DNA from: TPA_inf: Saccharomyces
Taxonomy: Eukaryota
DNA: 64,000 nt
NCBI GenBank assembly: GCA_000146045.2
Contig: BK006943.2
Span: 448,001-512,000, forward strand
Direction of reading: 5' to 3'
Shown here: positions 1 through 12,418 of the stretch, piece after piece
Position numbering within the stretch: the first letter of the stretch is position 1
Layout: every line of letters begins with the position of its first letter
Translations under genes and position numbers: made by a program
Notes under the pieces: generated by a model
Databases searched by the model: none
Seen by the model: the letters and a program-made list of their open reading frames with translations, nothing else
What the model was told of the DNA's origin: nothing

Positions 1-476
1 CTCTATGAAACGGCCCTTTTCGTGACTGCAAATGATACTAATTCCTGTATTTAAATATACTCATATTTAACGAACAATTATGATGAATGAAAAAACCTGA
101 TATAATAGACTTAACTAAGCGATCATAAAAAAATTCAAAAAGTTATTTTATAAAACAATTCAGATGTTAAACTAAAGAGTTAATGTAATATATATACAAT
201 GAACTGCGTCATAAATTCCCATAGTTCAGCTCATGGGACATTATCTACTTATAAAGACGTGGCTTGGCAGCATTTCATATATAAGGCTACTGAATGTAAA
301 TTTTTCTTCCATTGTCTTTCCCGTGTCCCGAGAACTCAATTCAAGCACTGTTCTTGGGCGTAATAAACCTTCCGGTACTACTAAAATCAGACAAAGGCAG
401 GAAGCCTCGATTTGACCTTTTAACGGGTAAAGCTCTAAAAGTTGCTCTCTGCTCCATATTCTCGTTTTCCGTCATT

Positions 477-758
477 TCAGTATCTTTTTCCCCTGCCTCC
501 CTTACCTAAAGCTTCCTCTTCGGCGGCTAGTAATTGGTCTCTTTCCTTTTTGGCTCTTAGCTTCTCTGTCTTTTTTTGTTCCATAATCAGCTTCTTCTGG
601 TTAGGGGTTCTCGCACCTTCTTCCCACCTCTGAGCTTCTTGAGCTTCTAGTTGTTGTTTCTCTAGTTGGTCCTTTTCGTAAGCTTGCCTACGTTTTCTTG
701 CTCTTCCTGCTGCCACTTTTTTGGCAGTTTCTGAGTATCTCTTGCCAGTATTATGCAT
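477..758 (-). CDS. LSO1: Small lysine/glutamate-rich protein, 93 aa. I start it at the Met that is residue 14 of the 106-aa ORF.
   Basis: The ORF at 477..797 is open and the 93-aa product matches my recollection of YJR005C-A. Aft1-type CACCC motifs lie upstream. It sits immediately upstream of POL31 on the opposite strand. Confidence 0.6.
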   Translation of the reverse strand: MHNTGKRYSETAKKVAAGRARKRRQAYEKDQLEKQQLEAQEAQRWEEGARTPNQKKLIMEQKKTEKLRAKKERDQLLAAEEEALGKGGRGKRY

Positions 759-896
759 GTTCGCTTCTTCACTATGTTTGGTGGTTTCTAATGACAACTA
801 TGCGGTTAGCAAACTTCCAAAAGGCGGTTAATAATACGACTACACATTATCCTATATATATATATATATGTACGCAAGTGCTTAGATTGGAAAAAA

Positions 897-903
897 GGGT
901 GCA
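897..903 (-). promoter_or_regulatory. Aft1 iron-regulon site TGCACCC on the minus strand.
   Basis: The plus strand reads gggtgca, whose reverse complement TGCACCC is the exact Aft1 core (PyPuCACCC). It lies about 140 bp upstream of the LSO1 ATG. Confidence 0.5.
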
Positions 904-960
904 ACATTCTCGATTGTTCTATTTCAGCCTGTTGATATCAATCTGTCGTTCAATGCTTTG

Positions 961-968
961 TGGGTGTG
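961..968 (-). promoter_or_regulatory. Second Aft1-like site, CACACCCA on the minus strand.
   Basis: The plus strand reads tgggtgtg, whose reverse complement CACACCCA fits YRCACCCR. Confidence 0.4.
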
Positions 969-1085
969 CTTTACCCACTCTTATACAGTAGTTAAGTGGC
1001 AAAAAGGGTGTCAAAGGGAAAGGAAAACCAGAGGAAAAGCAAAATAGCCGCCAATACTAACTCTAGATTTATATCATGTTATACG

Positions 1086-1109
1086 ATTAATCAGACGCGT
1101 CTGATTAAT
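1086..1109. promoter_or_regulatory. 24-bp perfect palindrome centred on an MluI/MCB element (ACGCGT).
   Basis: attaatcagACGCGTctgattaat is its own reverse complement. It lies about 100 bp upstream of the POL31 ATG. MCB elements (ACGCGT) are the MBF-bound G1/S elements of DNA-replication genes. Confidence 0.6.
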
Positions 1110-1201
1110 TTCAAAAGTTAAAATATAAACTATTTTTGAAATCCCATTGCAATAAGCGAACTATAGCTGAATCTTTCCTGCAAAAATGGAAGTGAAGGGC
1201 A

Positions 1202-2665
1202 ATGGACGCATTGTTAACAAAGTTCAACGAGGATAGAAGTCTCCAAGATGAAAACTTGTCCCAACCACGAACGAGAGTAAGAATTGTTGACGACAATCTT
1301 TACAACAAATCGAATCCATTCCAACTATGCTATAAAAAACGTGACTACGGTTCTCAGTACTACCACATTTATCAATACCGTCTAAAGACTTTCAGAGAAC
1401 GCGTCTTAAAAGAATGTGACAAGAGATGGGATGCGGGCTTTACCTTGAATGGCCAATTAGTTCTAAAAAAGGACAAAGTGTTAGATATTCAGGGAAACCA
1501 ACCATGTTGGTGCGTAGGATCCATATATTGCGAGATGAAATATAAACCAAACGTACTGGACGAAGTGATCAATGATACATATGGTGCACCAGATTTAACT
1601 AAAAGTTATACTGATAAAGAGGGTGGTTCTGATGAAATTATGCTCGAAGATGAAAGTGGGAGAGTGCTTCTAGTGGGAGATTTTATTCGGTCTACACCCT
1701 TCATCACGGGTGTTGTTGTAGGTATACTGGGTATGGAAGCTGAAGCCGGGACATTTCAAGTTTTAGACATATGCTACCCCACTCCTTTACCACAAAATCC
1801 TTTCCCTGCACCAATTGCTACCTGCCCCACCAGGGGAAAAATTGCTCTTGTTTCTGGGTTAAACCTCAATAATACATCACCTGATAGGCTATTGAGATTG
1901 GAGATTTTGAGAGAATTTTTGATGGGGAGAATCAATAACAAAATTGACGACATTTCTCTAATTGGTAGATTACTGATATGCGGCAACTCTGTTGACTTCG
2001 ACATTAAAAGCGTGAACAAAGACGAATTGATGATTTCTCTAACTGAGTTCAGTAAATTTCTACACAACATTTTGCCATCTATATCTGTTGATATTATGCC
2101 CGGAACCAATGATCCAAGTGACAAATCTCTACCGCAACAGCCTTTCCACAAATCATTGTTTGATAAGTCCCTAGAATCATACTTCAACGGTTCTAACAAA
2201 GAAATTTTGAATTTAGTGACCAACCCATATGAGTTTAGCTATAATGGCGTAGACGTTCTAGCCGTTTCAGGCAAAAATATCAATGATATTTGTAAATACG
2301 TAATACCATCAAATGATAACGGAGAAAGTGAAAACAAGGTCGAGGAGGGCGAGAGTAATGATTTCAAAGACGATATAGAGCATCGCCTGGACCTTATGGA
2401 ATGTACAATGAAATGGCAAAACATCGCGCCCACCGCACCTGATACCTTATGGTGTTATCCGTACACTGATAAGGATCCATTTGTATTGGATAAGTGGCCC
2501 CACGTTTACATTGTGGCAAACCAGCCATATTTTGGAACAAGAGTAGTGGAAATAGGTGGTAAGAACATAAAGATAATATCTGTCCCTGAATTCAGTTCTA
2601 CTGGGATGATAATATTACTGGATTTGGAAACGTTAGAAGCAGAGACGGTCAAGATTGACATTTAA
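1202..2665 (+). CDS. POL31: DNA polymerase delta small (B) subunit, 487 aa.
   Basis: Full-length ORF of 487 aa. The sequence and length match POL31/HYS2 (YJR006W). Confidence 0.9.
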   Translation: MDALLTKFNEDRSLQDENLSQPRTRVRIVDDNLYNKSNPFQLCYKKRDYGSQYYHIYQYRLKTFRERVLKECDKRWDAGFTLNGQLVLKKDKVLDIQGNQPCWCVGSIYCEMKYKPNVLDEVINDTYGAPDLTKSYTDKEGGSDEIMLEDESGRVLLVGDFIRSTPFITGVVVGILGMEAEAGTFQVLDICYPTPLPQNPFPAPIATCPTRGKIALVSGLNLNNTSPDRLLRLEILREFLMGRINNKIDDISLIGRLLICGNSVDFDIKSVNKDELMISLTEFSKFLHNILPSISVDIMPGTNDPSDKSLPQQPFHKSLFDKSLESYFNGSNKEILNLVTNPYEFSYNGVDVLAVSGKNINDICKYVIPSNDNGESENKVEEGESNDFKDDIEHRLDLMECTMKWQNIAPTAPDTLWCYPYTDKDPFVLDKWPHVYIVANQPYFGTRVVEIGGKNIKIISVPEFSSTGMIILLDLETLEAETVKIDI

Positions 2666-3019
2666 ATAAAACAAGGAATAATTTCCACATAGATATGCAA
2701 TTAAGTTTTATATGTAAAAGTGAGCATTCATCGTTCAGCTCAAAATACGTTTCTTGTCACAGCTGGTAGAAAAACTATGAGCGTTTTTTCTTACCCGCAG
2801 TCGGAGAAAAATTTTTTCTTCGAAGAGGCGAAAAAGAGAAGAAGAGAAAGCACAAATCTGATGAAATAGTAGTATAAAATCGCATTTACAAATTTTCAAC
2901 CATTGTTTATTTCCTAGGTCATTAAAGAGTAAAGTGCAATCTGTTTACTAATCAGTTTTTGTCTTCATATTTTTGTGTCTTTTCTGCTGCCTCACGCACC
3001 TTCTATAATACACCAAATA

Positions 3020-3934
3020 ATGTCCACTTCTCATTGCAGATTTTATGAAAACAAATACCCAGAAATTGACGATATCGTCATGGTTAACGTCCAGCAGATT
3101 GCTGAAATGGGTGCTTATGTTAAATTGTTAGAATATGACAACATTGAAGGTATGATTCTACTAAGTGAATTGTCCCGTAGACGTATTAGGTCAATCCAAA
3201 AATTAATTCGTGTTGGTAAAAATGATGTCGCCGTTGTTCTTCGTGTCGACAAAGAAAAAGGTTATATTGATTTGTCCAAACGTCGTGTTTCTTCTGAAGA
3301 TATCATTAAATGTGAAGAAAAATACCAAAAATCTAAGACTGTTCATTCCATTTTAAGATACTGTGCCGAAAAATTCCAAATCCCTTTGGAAGAACTATAT
3401 AAGACCATTGCTTGGCCATTAAGTCGAAAATTTGGTCACGCTTACGAAGCTTTCAAACTATCCATCATTGACGAAACTGTTTGGGAAGGTATTGAACCGC
3501 CATCAAAAGATGTTTTAGATGAATTAAAGAACTATATCTCCAAGAGATTAACACCACAAGCTGTAAAGATTAGAGCCGATGTTGAAGTGTCTTGTTTTAG
3601 TTACGAAGGTATCGATGCCATTAAAGACGCATTAAAATCAGCTGAAGACATGTCCACAGAACAAATGCAAGTTAAAGTTAAATTAGTCGCCGCCCCATTA
3701 TATGTTTTGACCACCCAAGCCTTGGATAAGCAAAAAGGTATTGAACAACTGGAAAGCGCTATTGAAAAAATTACAGAGGTTATTACAAAATACGGCGGTG
3801 TTTGCAACATTACCATGCCACCAAAGGCTGTCACTGCTACTGAAGACGCTGAGTTACAAGCTCTATTAGAAAGCAAAGAATTAGATAATAGATCTGACTC
3901 TGAAGACGATGAGGATGAGTCAGACGACGAGTAA
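3020..3934 (+). CDS. SUI2: Translation initiation factor eIF2 alpha subunit, 304 aa.
   Basis: The ORF at 2975..3934 is open from residue 1, but the true start is the Met at residue 16 (MSTSHCRFYENKYPEIDD…). The product has an S1 domain, the regulatory Ser51 context (LSELSRRRIRS) and an acidic C-terminus. Confidence 0.9.
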   Translation: MSTSHCRFYENKYPEIDDIVMVNVQQIAEMGAYVKLLEYDNIEGMILLSELSRRRIRSIQKLIRVGKNDVAVVLRVDKEKGYIDLSKRRVSSEDIIKCEEKYQKSKTVHSILRYCAEKFQIPLEELYKTIAWPLSRKFGHAYEAFKLSIIDETVWEGIEPPSKDVLDELKNYISKRLTPQAVKIRADVEVSCFSYEGIDAIKDALKSAEDMSTEQMQVKVKLVAAPLYVLTTQALDKQKGIEQLESAIEKITEVITKYGGVCNITMPPKAVTATEDAELQALLESKELDNRSDSEDDEDESDDE

Positions 3935-4429
3935 TCATTGCCGCGCCTAATTTTTCTAGGTGTTTTCAAGTGTCATACTGTTTTAGAAAATTTTGTATAG
4001 AACAAATACGTATATCCTGCCATATCATATTCTTTGCAATATACACCTTGTACATTTGGCTATTATAAATATTACAATCCATTTAATCATAATCAAAATT
4101 TAATTTCTGTTACCACGGGGTTGTCAGTGGAGCATGCCCTGCCGGTTCTCTATAATTTATCTTTTTCACATGAGATATTTTTACCTCAAAAGGTAGTGAT
4201 GCTGTAATAATATGAGGCTCCCCCCTTTCCTTCGGAATTGCATTTAAATCATTGGGGAACACTAAGACAAGACAAAGGGGCCGTCCACTCATGTGATTTT
4301 CAACAAAACAGATAACATGCGGATACACACTGATATATTTTCAAAGGAAAGTCTGACTGATACTTAAGTGAAGTGGTCCTAGTCGGTGGCTTAGGTGGAC
4401 TACAGTGCAAAGAATAGAATTTTTCAAAC

Positions 4430-5446
4430 ATGTCAATACGTCCAGCAACACATGCAGGCTCATGGTATTCCAATAGAGCCCAAGAATTATCTCAACAACT
4501 GCATACATACTTGATCAAAAGTACCCTTAAAGGCCCAATTCACAACGCCAGAATTATCATATGTCCTCATGCCGGTTACAGGTATTGTGGACCCACTATG
4601 GCCTACTCGTACGCATCGTTGGATTTGAACCGTAATGTTAAGAGAATATTTATCTTGGGGCCGTCGCATCACATCTATTTCAAAAACCAAATATTAGTTA
4701 GTGCATTCAGTGAGCTAGAGACGCCCTTGGGTAATCTGAAAGTGGATACAGACTTGTGTAAAACATTAATACAGAAGGAGTATCCTGAGAACGGAAAGAA
4801 GCTGTTTAAGCCAATGGATCATGACACTGATATGGCTGAACATTCCTTAGAGATGCAGCTCCCCATGTTGGTGGAAACTTTGAAATGGAGAGAAATTTCT
4901 TTAGATACGGTGAAGGTATTTCCTATGATGGTTTCTCATAACAGCGTTGATGTTGATCGTTGCATTGGTAATATCTTGTCGGAGTACATTAAGGATCCGA
5001 ACAATTTATTCATTGTAAGCAGTGATTTCTGTCATTGGGGCCGCAGATTCCAATATACTGGGTACGTCGGAAGCAAGGAAGAGTTGAATGATGCCATTCA
5101 AGAGGAAACAGAAGTGGAAATGTTAACTGCTAGGAGTAAACTTTCACATCATCAAGTTCCCATTTGGCAATCCATTGAAATAATGGACAGATATGCGATG
5201 AAAACGCTAAGTGATACTCCAAATGGTGAAAGGTACGATGCTTGGAAACAATACTTGGAAATCACCGGAAACACCATATGCGGCGAAAAGCCAATTAGTG
5301 TGATACTAAGTGCTTTATCGAAAATCCGTGATGCCGGTCCTTCAGGCATCAAATTTCAGTGGCCTAATTATTCACAGAGTTCTCATGTGACAAGTATTGA
5401 TGATAGTAGTGTCAGTTATGCTTCAGGTTATGTTACTATAGGATAA
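4430..5446 (+). CDS. MHO1: Memo-family protein, 338 aa.
   Basis: Complete ORF with Memo1-like motifs (ATHAGSWY, CPHAGY). Its position between SUI2 and TDH2 matches YJR008W. Confidence 0.8.
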   Translation: MSIRPATHAGSWYSNRAQELSQQLHTYLIKSTLKGPIHNARIIICPHAGYRYCGPTMAYSYASLDLNRNVKRIFILGPSHHIYFKNQILVSAFSELETPLGNLKVDTDLCKTLIQKEYPENGKKLFKPMDHDTDMAEHSLEMQLPMLVETLKWREISLDTVKVFPMMVSHNSVDVDRCIGNILSEYIKDPNNLFIVSSDFCHWGRRFQYTGYVGSKEELNDAIQEETEVEMLTARSKLSHHQVPIWQSIEIMDRYAMKTLSDTPNGERYDAWKQYLEITGNTICGEKPISVILSALSKIRDAGPSGIKFQWPNYSQSSHVTSIDDSSVSYASGYVTIG

Positions 5447-5682
5447 TGATCACGGCTAAAACGGTCGAATGTAAGCATATATCTTTCGATTGTATAATTG
5501 TTCCCAAATACTACAGCATCTCAAGGAAAAAAAAACAAAAACTTCCAAAAAAATCGAATCCCTGAGGAATCTTTAATACATTTTCAATCTATTTAAGTTT
5601 TATAAACGTGTATATGAGATGTCATGAGCATGAATTATTAATAATAAAAACTAAATCATTAAAGTAACTTAAGGAGTTAAAT

Positions 5683-6708
<1,026 letters not shown>

Positions 6709-6808
6709 TTAATTTGAAACTAAGTTCTTGGTTTTTTTAACATTTAAACAAACAATAATAAAATGAATAGACACACAAGAAAAAAACTATCTTGAATGAG
6801 TGCAACCT

Positions 6809-6816
6809 TTATATAT
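6809..6816 (-). promoter_or_regulatory. Candidate TATA box (TATATAAA on the minus strand) for TDH2.
   Basis: The plus strand reads tttatata about 130 bp upstream of the TDH2 ATG. Confidence 0.3.
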
Positions 6817-7861
6817 TCTTCCAAACCTACAAAAAAATTGCAGGTCTGCGATCACTGGGTACTATCAAAACACATATTAGCATACGTATGTGTTCGTACG
6901 TGCGGTCCGCAAGGTCTTTGTGACAGCCATGACATGATTGGATTGAATAGTTCACTTCAGCTGTCACCACCAGTTTTAGGCCCTAACACATCAGTCGAGT
7001 TCCACTAGGCTTTGTTAGCCGTAGCTGCGTTGCAACAACTGCGCAAAACGCGCGACTTCCTGTAAATGCCGCAGATCACGTGGTAAAGAAAAGAAACAAC
7101 AGGCCGACCCAGTTTCGTTGTTTCTTTTCATTATTTCTGGATGCTCTTCACAACGTATTTCATGACATACTTATTGAATTAGTGGAAGCCCAAAACATCA
7201 TTACCCTGGAAAACTTAATTGACGTAAATTAACTTCAGTTGTCTTATGTTTTTTGCATCCTTAACTTTAGCCGCGCAGGGATAATCATATATGTCGAAAG
7301 AGCAACTAAACAATACTTAAAAACGTGTTTGAACTTTTACGAAAGGGTAACGACAAATAATCATTCACTGGAAAAACCAATAAACCATAAGTAAATGAAA
7401 AACTGTTTCAACCGATGTTGGTACTTTCCATGTCTTAAAAGAGTACAATTTATAAATTAATGAAAACACAGAAGTATTTAGATCGGCTCAAATGTTTTTG
7501 GACATTAAAAGATCTTGAAACTGAGTAAGATGCTCAGAATACCCGTCAAGATAAGAGTATAATGTAGAGTAATATACCAAGTATTCAGCATATTCTCCTC
7601 TTCTTTTGTATAAATCACGGAAGGGATGATTTATAAGAAAAATGAATACTATTACACTTCATTTACCACCCTCTGATCTAGATTTTCCAACGATATGTAC
7701 GTAGTGGTATAAGGTGAGGGGGTCCACAGATATAACATCGTTTAATTTAGTACTAACAGAGACTTTTGTCACAACTACATATAAGTGTACAAATATAGTA
7801 CAGATATGACACACTTGTAGCGCCAACGCGCATCCTACGGATTGCTGACAGAAAAAAAGGT

Positions 7862-7867
7862 CACGTG
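7862..7867. promoter_or_regulatory. Cbf1 E-box CACGTG, distal site of the MET3 promoter.
   Basis: Exact CACGTG within tCACGTGacc. It is paired with a second CACGTG 17 bp downstream, the classic MET-gene promoter architecture. Confidence 0.7.
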
Positions 7868-7878
7868 ACCAGAAAAGT

Positions 7879-7884
7879 CACGTG
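7879..7884. promoter_or_regulatory. Cbf1 E-box CACGTG, proximal site.
   Basis: Exact CACGTG within gtCACGTGtaa, about 355 bp upstream of the MET3 ATG. Confidence 0.7.
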
Positions 7885-7985
7885 TAATTTTGTAACTCAC
7901 CGCATTCTAGCGGTCCCTGTCGTGCACACTGCACTCAACACCATAAACCTTAGCAACCTCCAAAGGAAATCACCGTATAACAAAG

Positions 7986-7994
7986 CCACAGTTT
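7986..7994 (-). promoter_or_regulatory. Met31/Met32 site (AAACTGTGG on the minus strand).
   Basis: The plus strand reads ccacagttt, whose reverse complement AAACTGTGG is the exact Met31/32 core. It lies about 245 bp upstream of the MET3 ATG. Confidence 0.6.
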
Positions 7995-8064
7995 TACAAC
8001 TTAGTCTCTTATGAAGTTACTTACCAATGAGAAATAGAGGCTCTTTCTCGAGAAATATGAATAT

Positions 8065-8066
<2 letters not shown>

Positions 8067-8104
<38 letters not shown>
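8067..8104. repeat. (AT)19 dinucleotide microsatellite.
   Basis: Perfect alternating AT run of 38 bp in the MET3 5' region. Confidence 0.95.
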
Positions 8105-8110
<6 letters not shown>

Positions 8111-8226
8111 TTGGTTCTTTTTTAGCTTGTGATCTCTAGCTTGGGTCTCTCTCTGTCGTAACAGTTGTGATATCGTTTCTTAACAATTGAAAAGGAACTA
8201 AGAAAGTATAATAATAACAAGAATAA

Positions 8227-9774
<1,548 letters not shown>

Positions 9775-9903
9775 TCGTCATAAAATGCTCCCATCTCAAA
9801 AGTAGGGCAAAATTCATGATCGACCGCGCAAAATAAATAGATTTGCAAATAAGTTTTGTATGTACATTTATTAATATATATAATATATCAAAAGAAAAAA
9901 ATC

Positions 9904-9924
9904 AAAAAAAAAAAAAAAAAAAAA
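9904..9924. repeat. Poly(dA) tract A21.
   Basis: Uninterrupted run of 21 A in the MET3 3' region. Confidence 0.95.
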
Positions 9925-10076
9925 TTGCACTCTTATTCAGTCATCAATTACAAAACCTAGAGATAGCGATGGTGCATATTCAATAAAAAACTCCTTATAC
10001 TGTCGAGAAAGCTTATTATTGGTACTTCTCGAAGATACTAAAAAAGGTTAATTTTTGGAGACGGAGGCAATAGCGA

Positions 10077-10361
10077 CTAGTCATACTGGTCGACATTAAT
10101 TTCAATTTTTGGCTGTGCCCACCTCAATTTTTGTTTATTATACCATGGGTAAGCTGGCAAAACACATATTAAAGTAATCACACAACTAATGCCATACGCA
10201 GTCAGTAAAACTTTCAGGGACTGTTGTGCAAATCCCAATATACACGCTACCAAAGCTCCGATCATGAGCGATAGCTGTTGAAATTTTTCTGTTTTCCGTT
10301 GGCTGGGAAAATCTATTGGAAAAACCAGTTTCCTTTGTACATCTTGTAATATCTCAGACAT
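10077..10361 (-). CDS. SPC1: Signal peptidase complex subunit, 94 aa, with two transmembrane segments.
   Basis: 94-aa ORF with two hydrophobic helices. The sequence and length match SPC1 (YJR010C-A). Confidence 0.8.
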   Translation of the reverse strand: MSEILQDVQRKLVFPIDFPSQRKTEKFQQLSLMIGALVACILGFAQQSLKVLLTAYGISCVITLICVLPAYPWYNKQKLRWAQPKIEINVDQYD

Positions 10362-10640
10362 TGAAGTTGACTATGACGTGACGTTGATCTTGTTTGAGTA
10401 TTGCTTGACCAATCCTGGAGTAACTTCGTTTAATCTGCCTCGTTTTTTTCTCTAAATAGTTTCTATTATCCCTCCTCCACGCGAGATGTATTTAAAATGT
10501 GAAAAGTGTACACATGGCGTTCATCTTACGTAGATGAGAGAAACGCTAAGAAGCCAACCAAACTAGTATAATCTATACATTTATAGATGTTTGTGTAGAA
10601 CCTTATTTTTATACTCTTGTATTATATTACATTACTTGCA

Positions 10641-11426
10641 TTAAACCGTCATTTCACCAATAATTTGGTCCTTTAGCCAATTAACATATCTGATGAATGG
10701 TTCACCCTTGCTAACATCAATAACACTATCGTTCGTAGCTTTTCTATATATATTAATCAGGCCCTTATCCTTAGAGAGCTCGTTAAATAGTTTACAATTC
10801 AAAAGATCTAACTGAAACTTCCAAATGGGTAACAATTCATTCTGTAACACATTAACTAAGATCTTCATCTGTAAATCGTTCATCTGTGACTGTTGTTTAC
10901 TCATAGGGATCTTGTTCAAAAATTTGTAGAGATTAACGAATCCTGATAAACAATTTTGCATTTGTAATATAAATTCATCTTTAAAATCGACATTTAATCT
11001 GTTTAATTCCTGGAAAATATACCTGTTCACTCCATAAATGGAGGTGACTAGAACCTTCTCGATCAAATGCCGGCATTTTCCAGGAGTTTCAAAGTGATCT
11101 AACTCACAACTATCCAATAATAAGCGGAATCCTGTCCTTAAATCGTAAATTAGTTCACAAATATCACTCTTTAGTGCAAGGAGTTCTTTTTTGTGTGAAA
11201 TAAATGTGCCAGAATGGTTTAATACTTCGTCTTCCTGCTTTTGAGCCAGATAATACAAGACATACATTAGATCCGTCATATAATGTGAAGTATTCAGAAT
11301 AAACGGCACTATTTGATTCAGCAGTATAACATTTTTCTTGTTGTTTTCGGATATTCCGTCATTGAGCAAAAGTTTGGTTTGTAAAGACGAAACTGTACTT
11401 TCATTAGATTCTCGTGTTTCACTCAT
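10641..11426 (-). CDS. Uncharacterised protein, 261 aa (YJR011C).
   Basis: Clean 261-aa ORF with normal amino-acid composition. The position matches YJR011C. Confidence 0.7.
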   Translation of the reverse strand: MSETRESNESTVSSLQTKLLLNDGISENNKKNVILLNQIVPFILNTSHYMTDLMYVLYYLAQKQEDEVLNHSGTFISHKKELLALKSDICELIYDLRTGFRLLLDSCELDHFETPGKCRHLIEKVLVTSIYGVNRYIFQELNRLNVDFKDEFILQMQNCLSGFVNLYKFLNKIPMSKQQSQMNDLQMKILVNVLQNELLPIWKFQLDLLNCKLFNELSKDKGLINIYRKATNDSVIDVSKGEPFIRYVNWLKDQIIGEMTV

Positions 11427-11794
11427 ACGCCTTTATATGCTATCACAGTTACCTTATTTGTCCTTTTTCTTGTAGAGCTATTCTCTATTCTGCTTTGACT
11501 TAACTAGCGTGAAATTAAAACCAACGCCGCTTATCTAATCACAATAAAAGATCAGACTGTGAAATTAATAAAAAGGAAAGGATAAAACGACAGATATCGC
11601 ACTAACTTTGTTAGAAACATTATGCAGACAAAAGAAGGAGATGCATGTGCCTTTGTATTCTTTTAAACGCAAAAAGGGCAGGTCTATGATTAAGTATGAA
11701 TGAGCGATATAAAATTTAAGTAGAAAAGGGAAGATAATAGTACTATATATAAATATATAAATGCATTTTTTTACATACCTGTTGGGTGAATAAT

Positions 11795-12418
11795 TTACCT
11801 AGCTGTTGGATTTGCTGTTACTGTATTATTGTCGTCATCATTGCCATCGCCTTTATTGTTATCATTGTTATTGTCATCATTATCGTTGTCACTGTCATTA
11901 ATCTGTAACTTAGACTGTATATCGTAACATTCAGACAGCCTTGTTAATGAGGTCATGCCTTCTAGGCTTTCTTGATCAATGTCCAGAGATATATTGGGTT
12001 TGTCTAATGATCCTTGATGAGATTGATGCTGCAGCTGACCTTCCCAAGGCCTAGGTCTTGGCCTCAATGAAGGAGTACTAGCTAAACCCTCATCCAGCGT
12101 AACATTGGGCACCTCCACAATATTAGGTATAGGCTTGTTATTCAGAATGTGATCCAGCAACTCTTCATAACTAAGTTCACCACCTGCTGCCATGCTTGAC
12201 TCGTTATGTTCGCAATCAATTTTCAAGAGGTAAACCGAAACATGTGGAGCTCTTTTACAGGCTCCGATAATAATAAAAGAAACTTTAATAGTTGGTAAGA
12301 ACTTGACAAAAAAAAACACAATATATATACATAAAAAAGTCAACAACTGACAAGCAAGGTAAAAGGTGATAAAGTTGAAAGATGACTGGCGAAGAATGGG
12401 GCTTGACTGTACTGTCAT
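11795..12418 (-). CDS. Uncharacterised acidic protein (YJR012C). The 207-aa call overlaps the GPI14 start, and an alternative start at Met77 (12190) would give 131 aa.
   Basis: The ORF is open for 207 codons. The C-terminal two-thirds is protein-like, with a D/N-rich tail. The N-terminal 76 codons are hydrophobic, of low complexity, and run through the GPI14 promoter and first 12 codons. Confidence 0.5.
   Translation of the reverse strand: MTVQSSPILRQSSFNFITFYLACQLLTFLCIYIVFFFVKFLPTIKVSFIIIGACKRAPHVSVYLLKIDCEHNESSMAAGGELSYEELLDHILNNKPIPNIVEVPNVTLDEGLASTPSLRPRPRPWEGQLQHQSHQGSLDKPNISLDIDQESLEGMTSLTRLSECYDIQSKLQINDSDNDNDDNNNDNNKGDGNDDDNNTVTANPTAR

Noticed and set aside
1774-2223. 149-aa minus-strand ORF inside POL31, and other antisense ORFs of 60-100 aa inside GEA1, RAV1, RAD26 and YJR030C.
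   Set aside because: All lie antisense within large, clearly genuine CDSs and have no independent signals.
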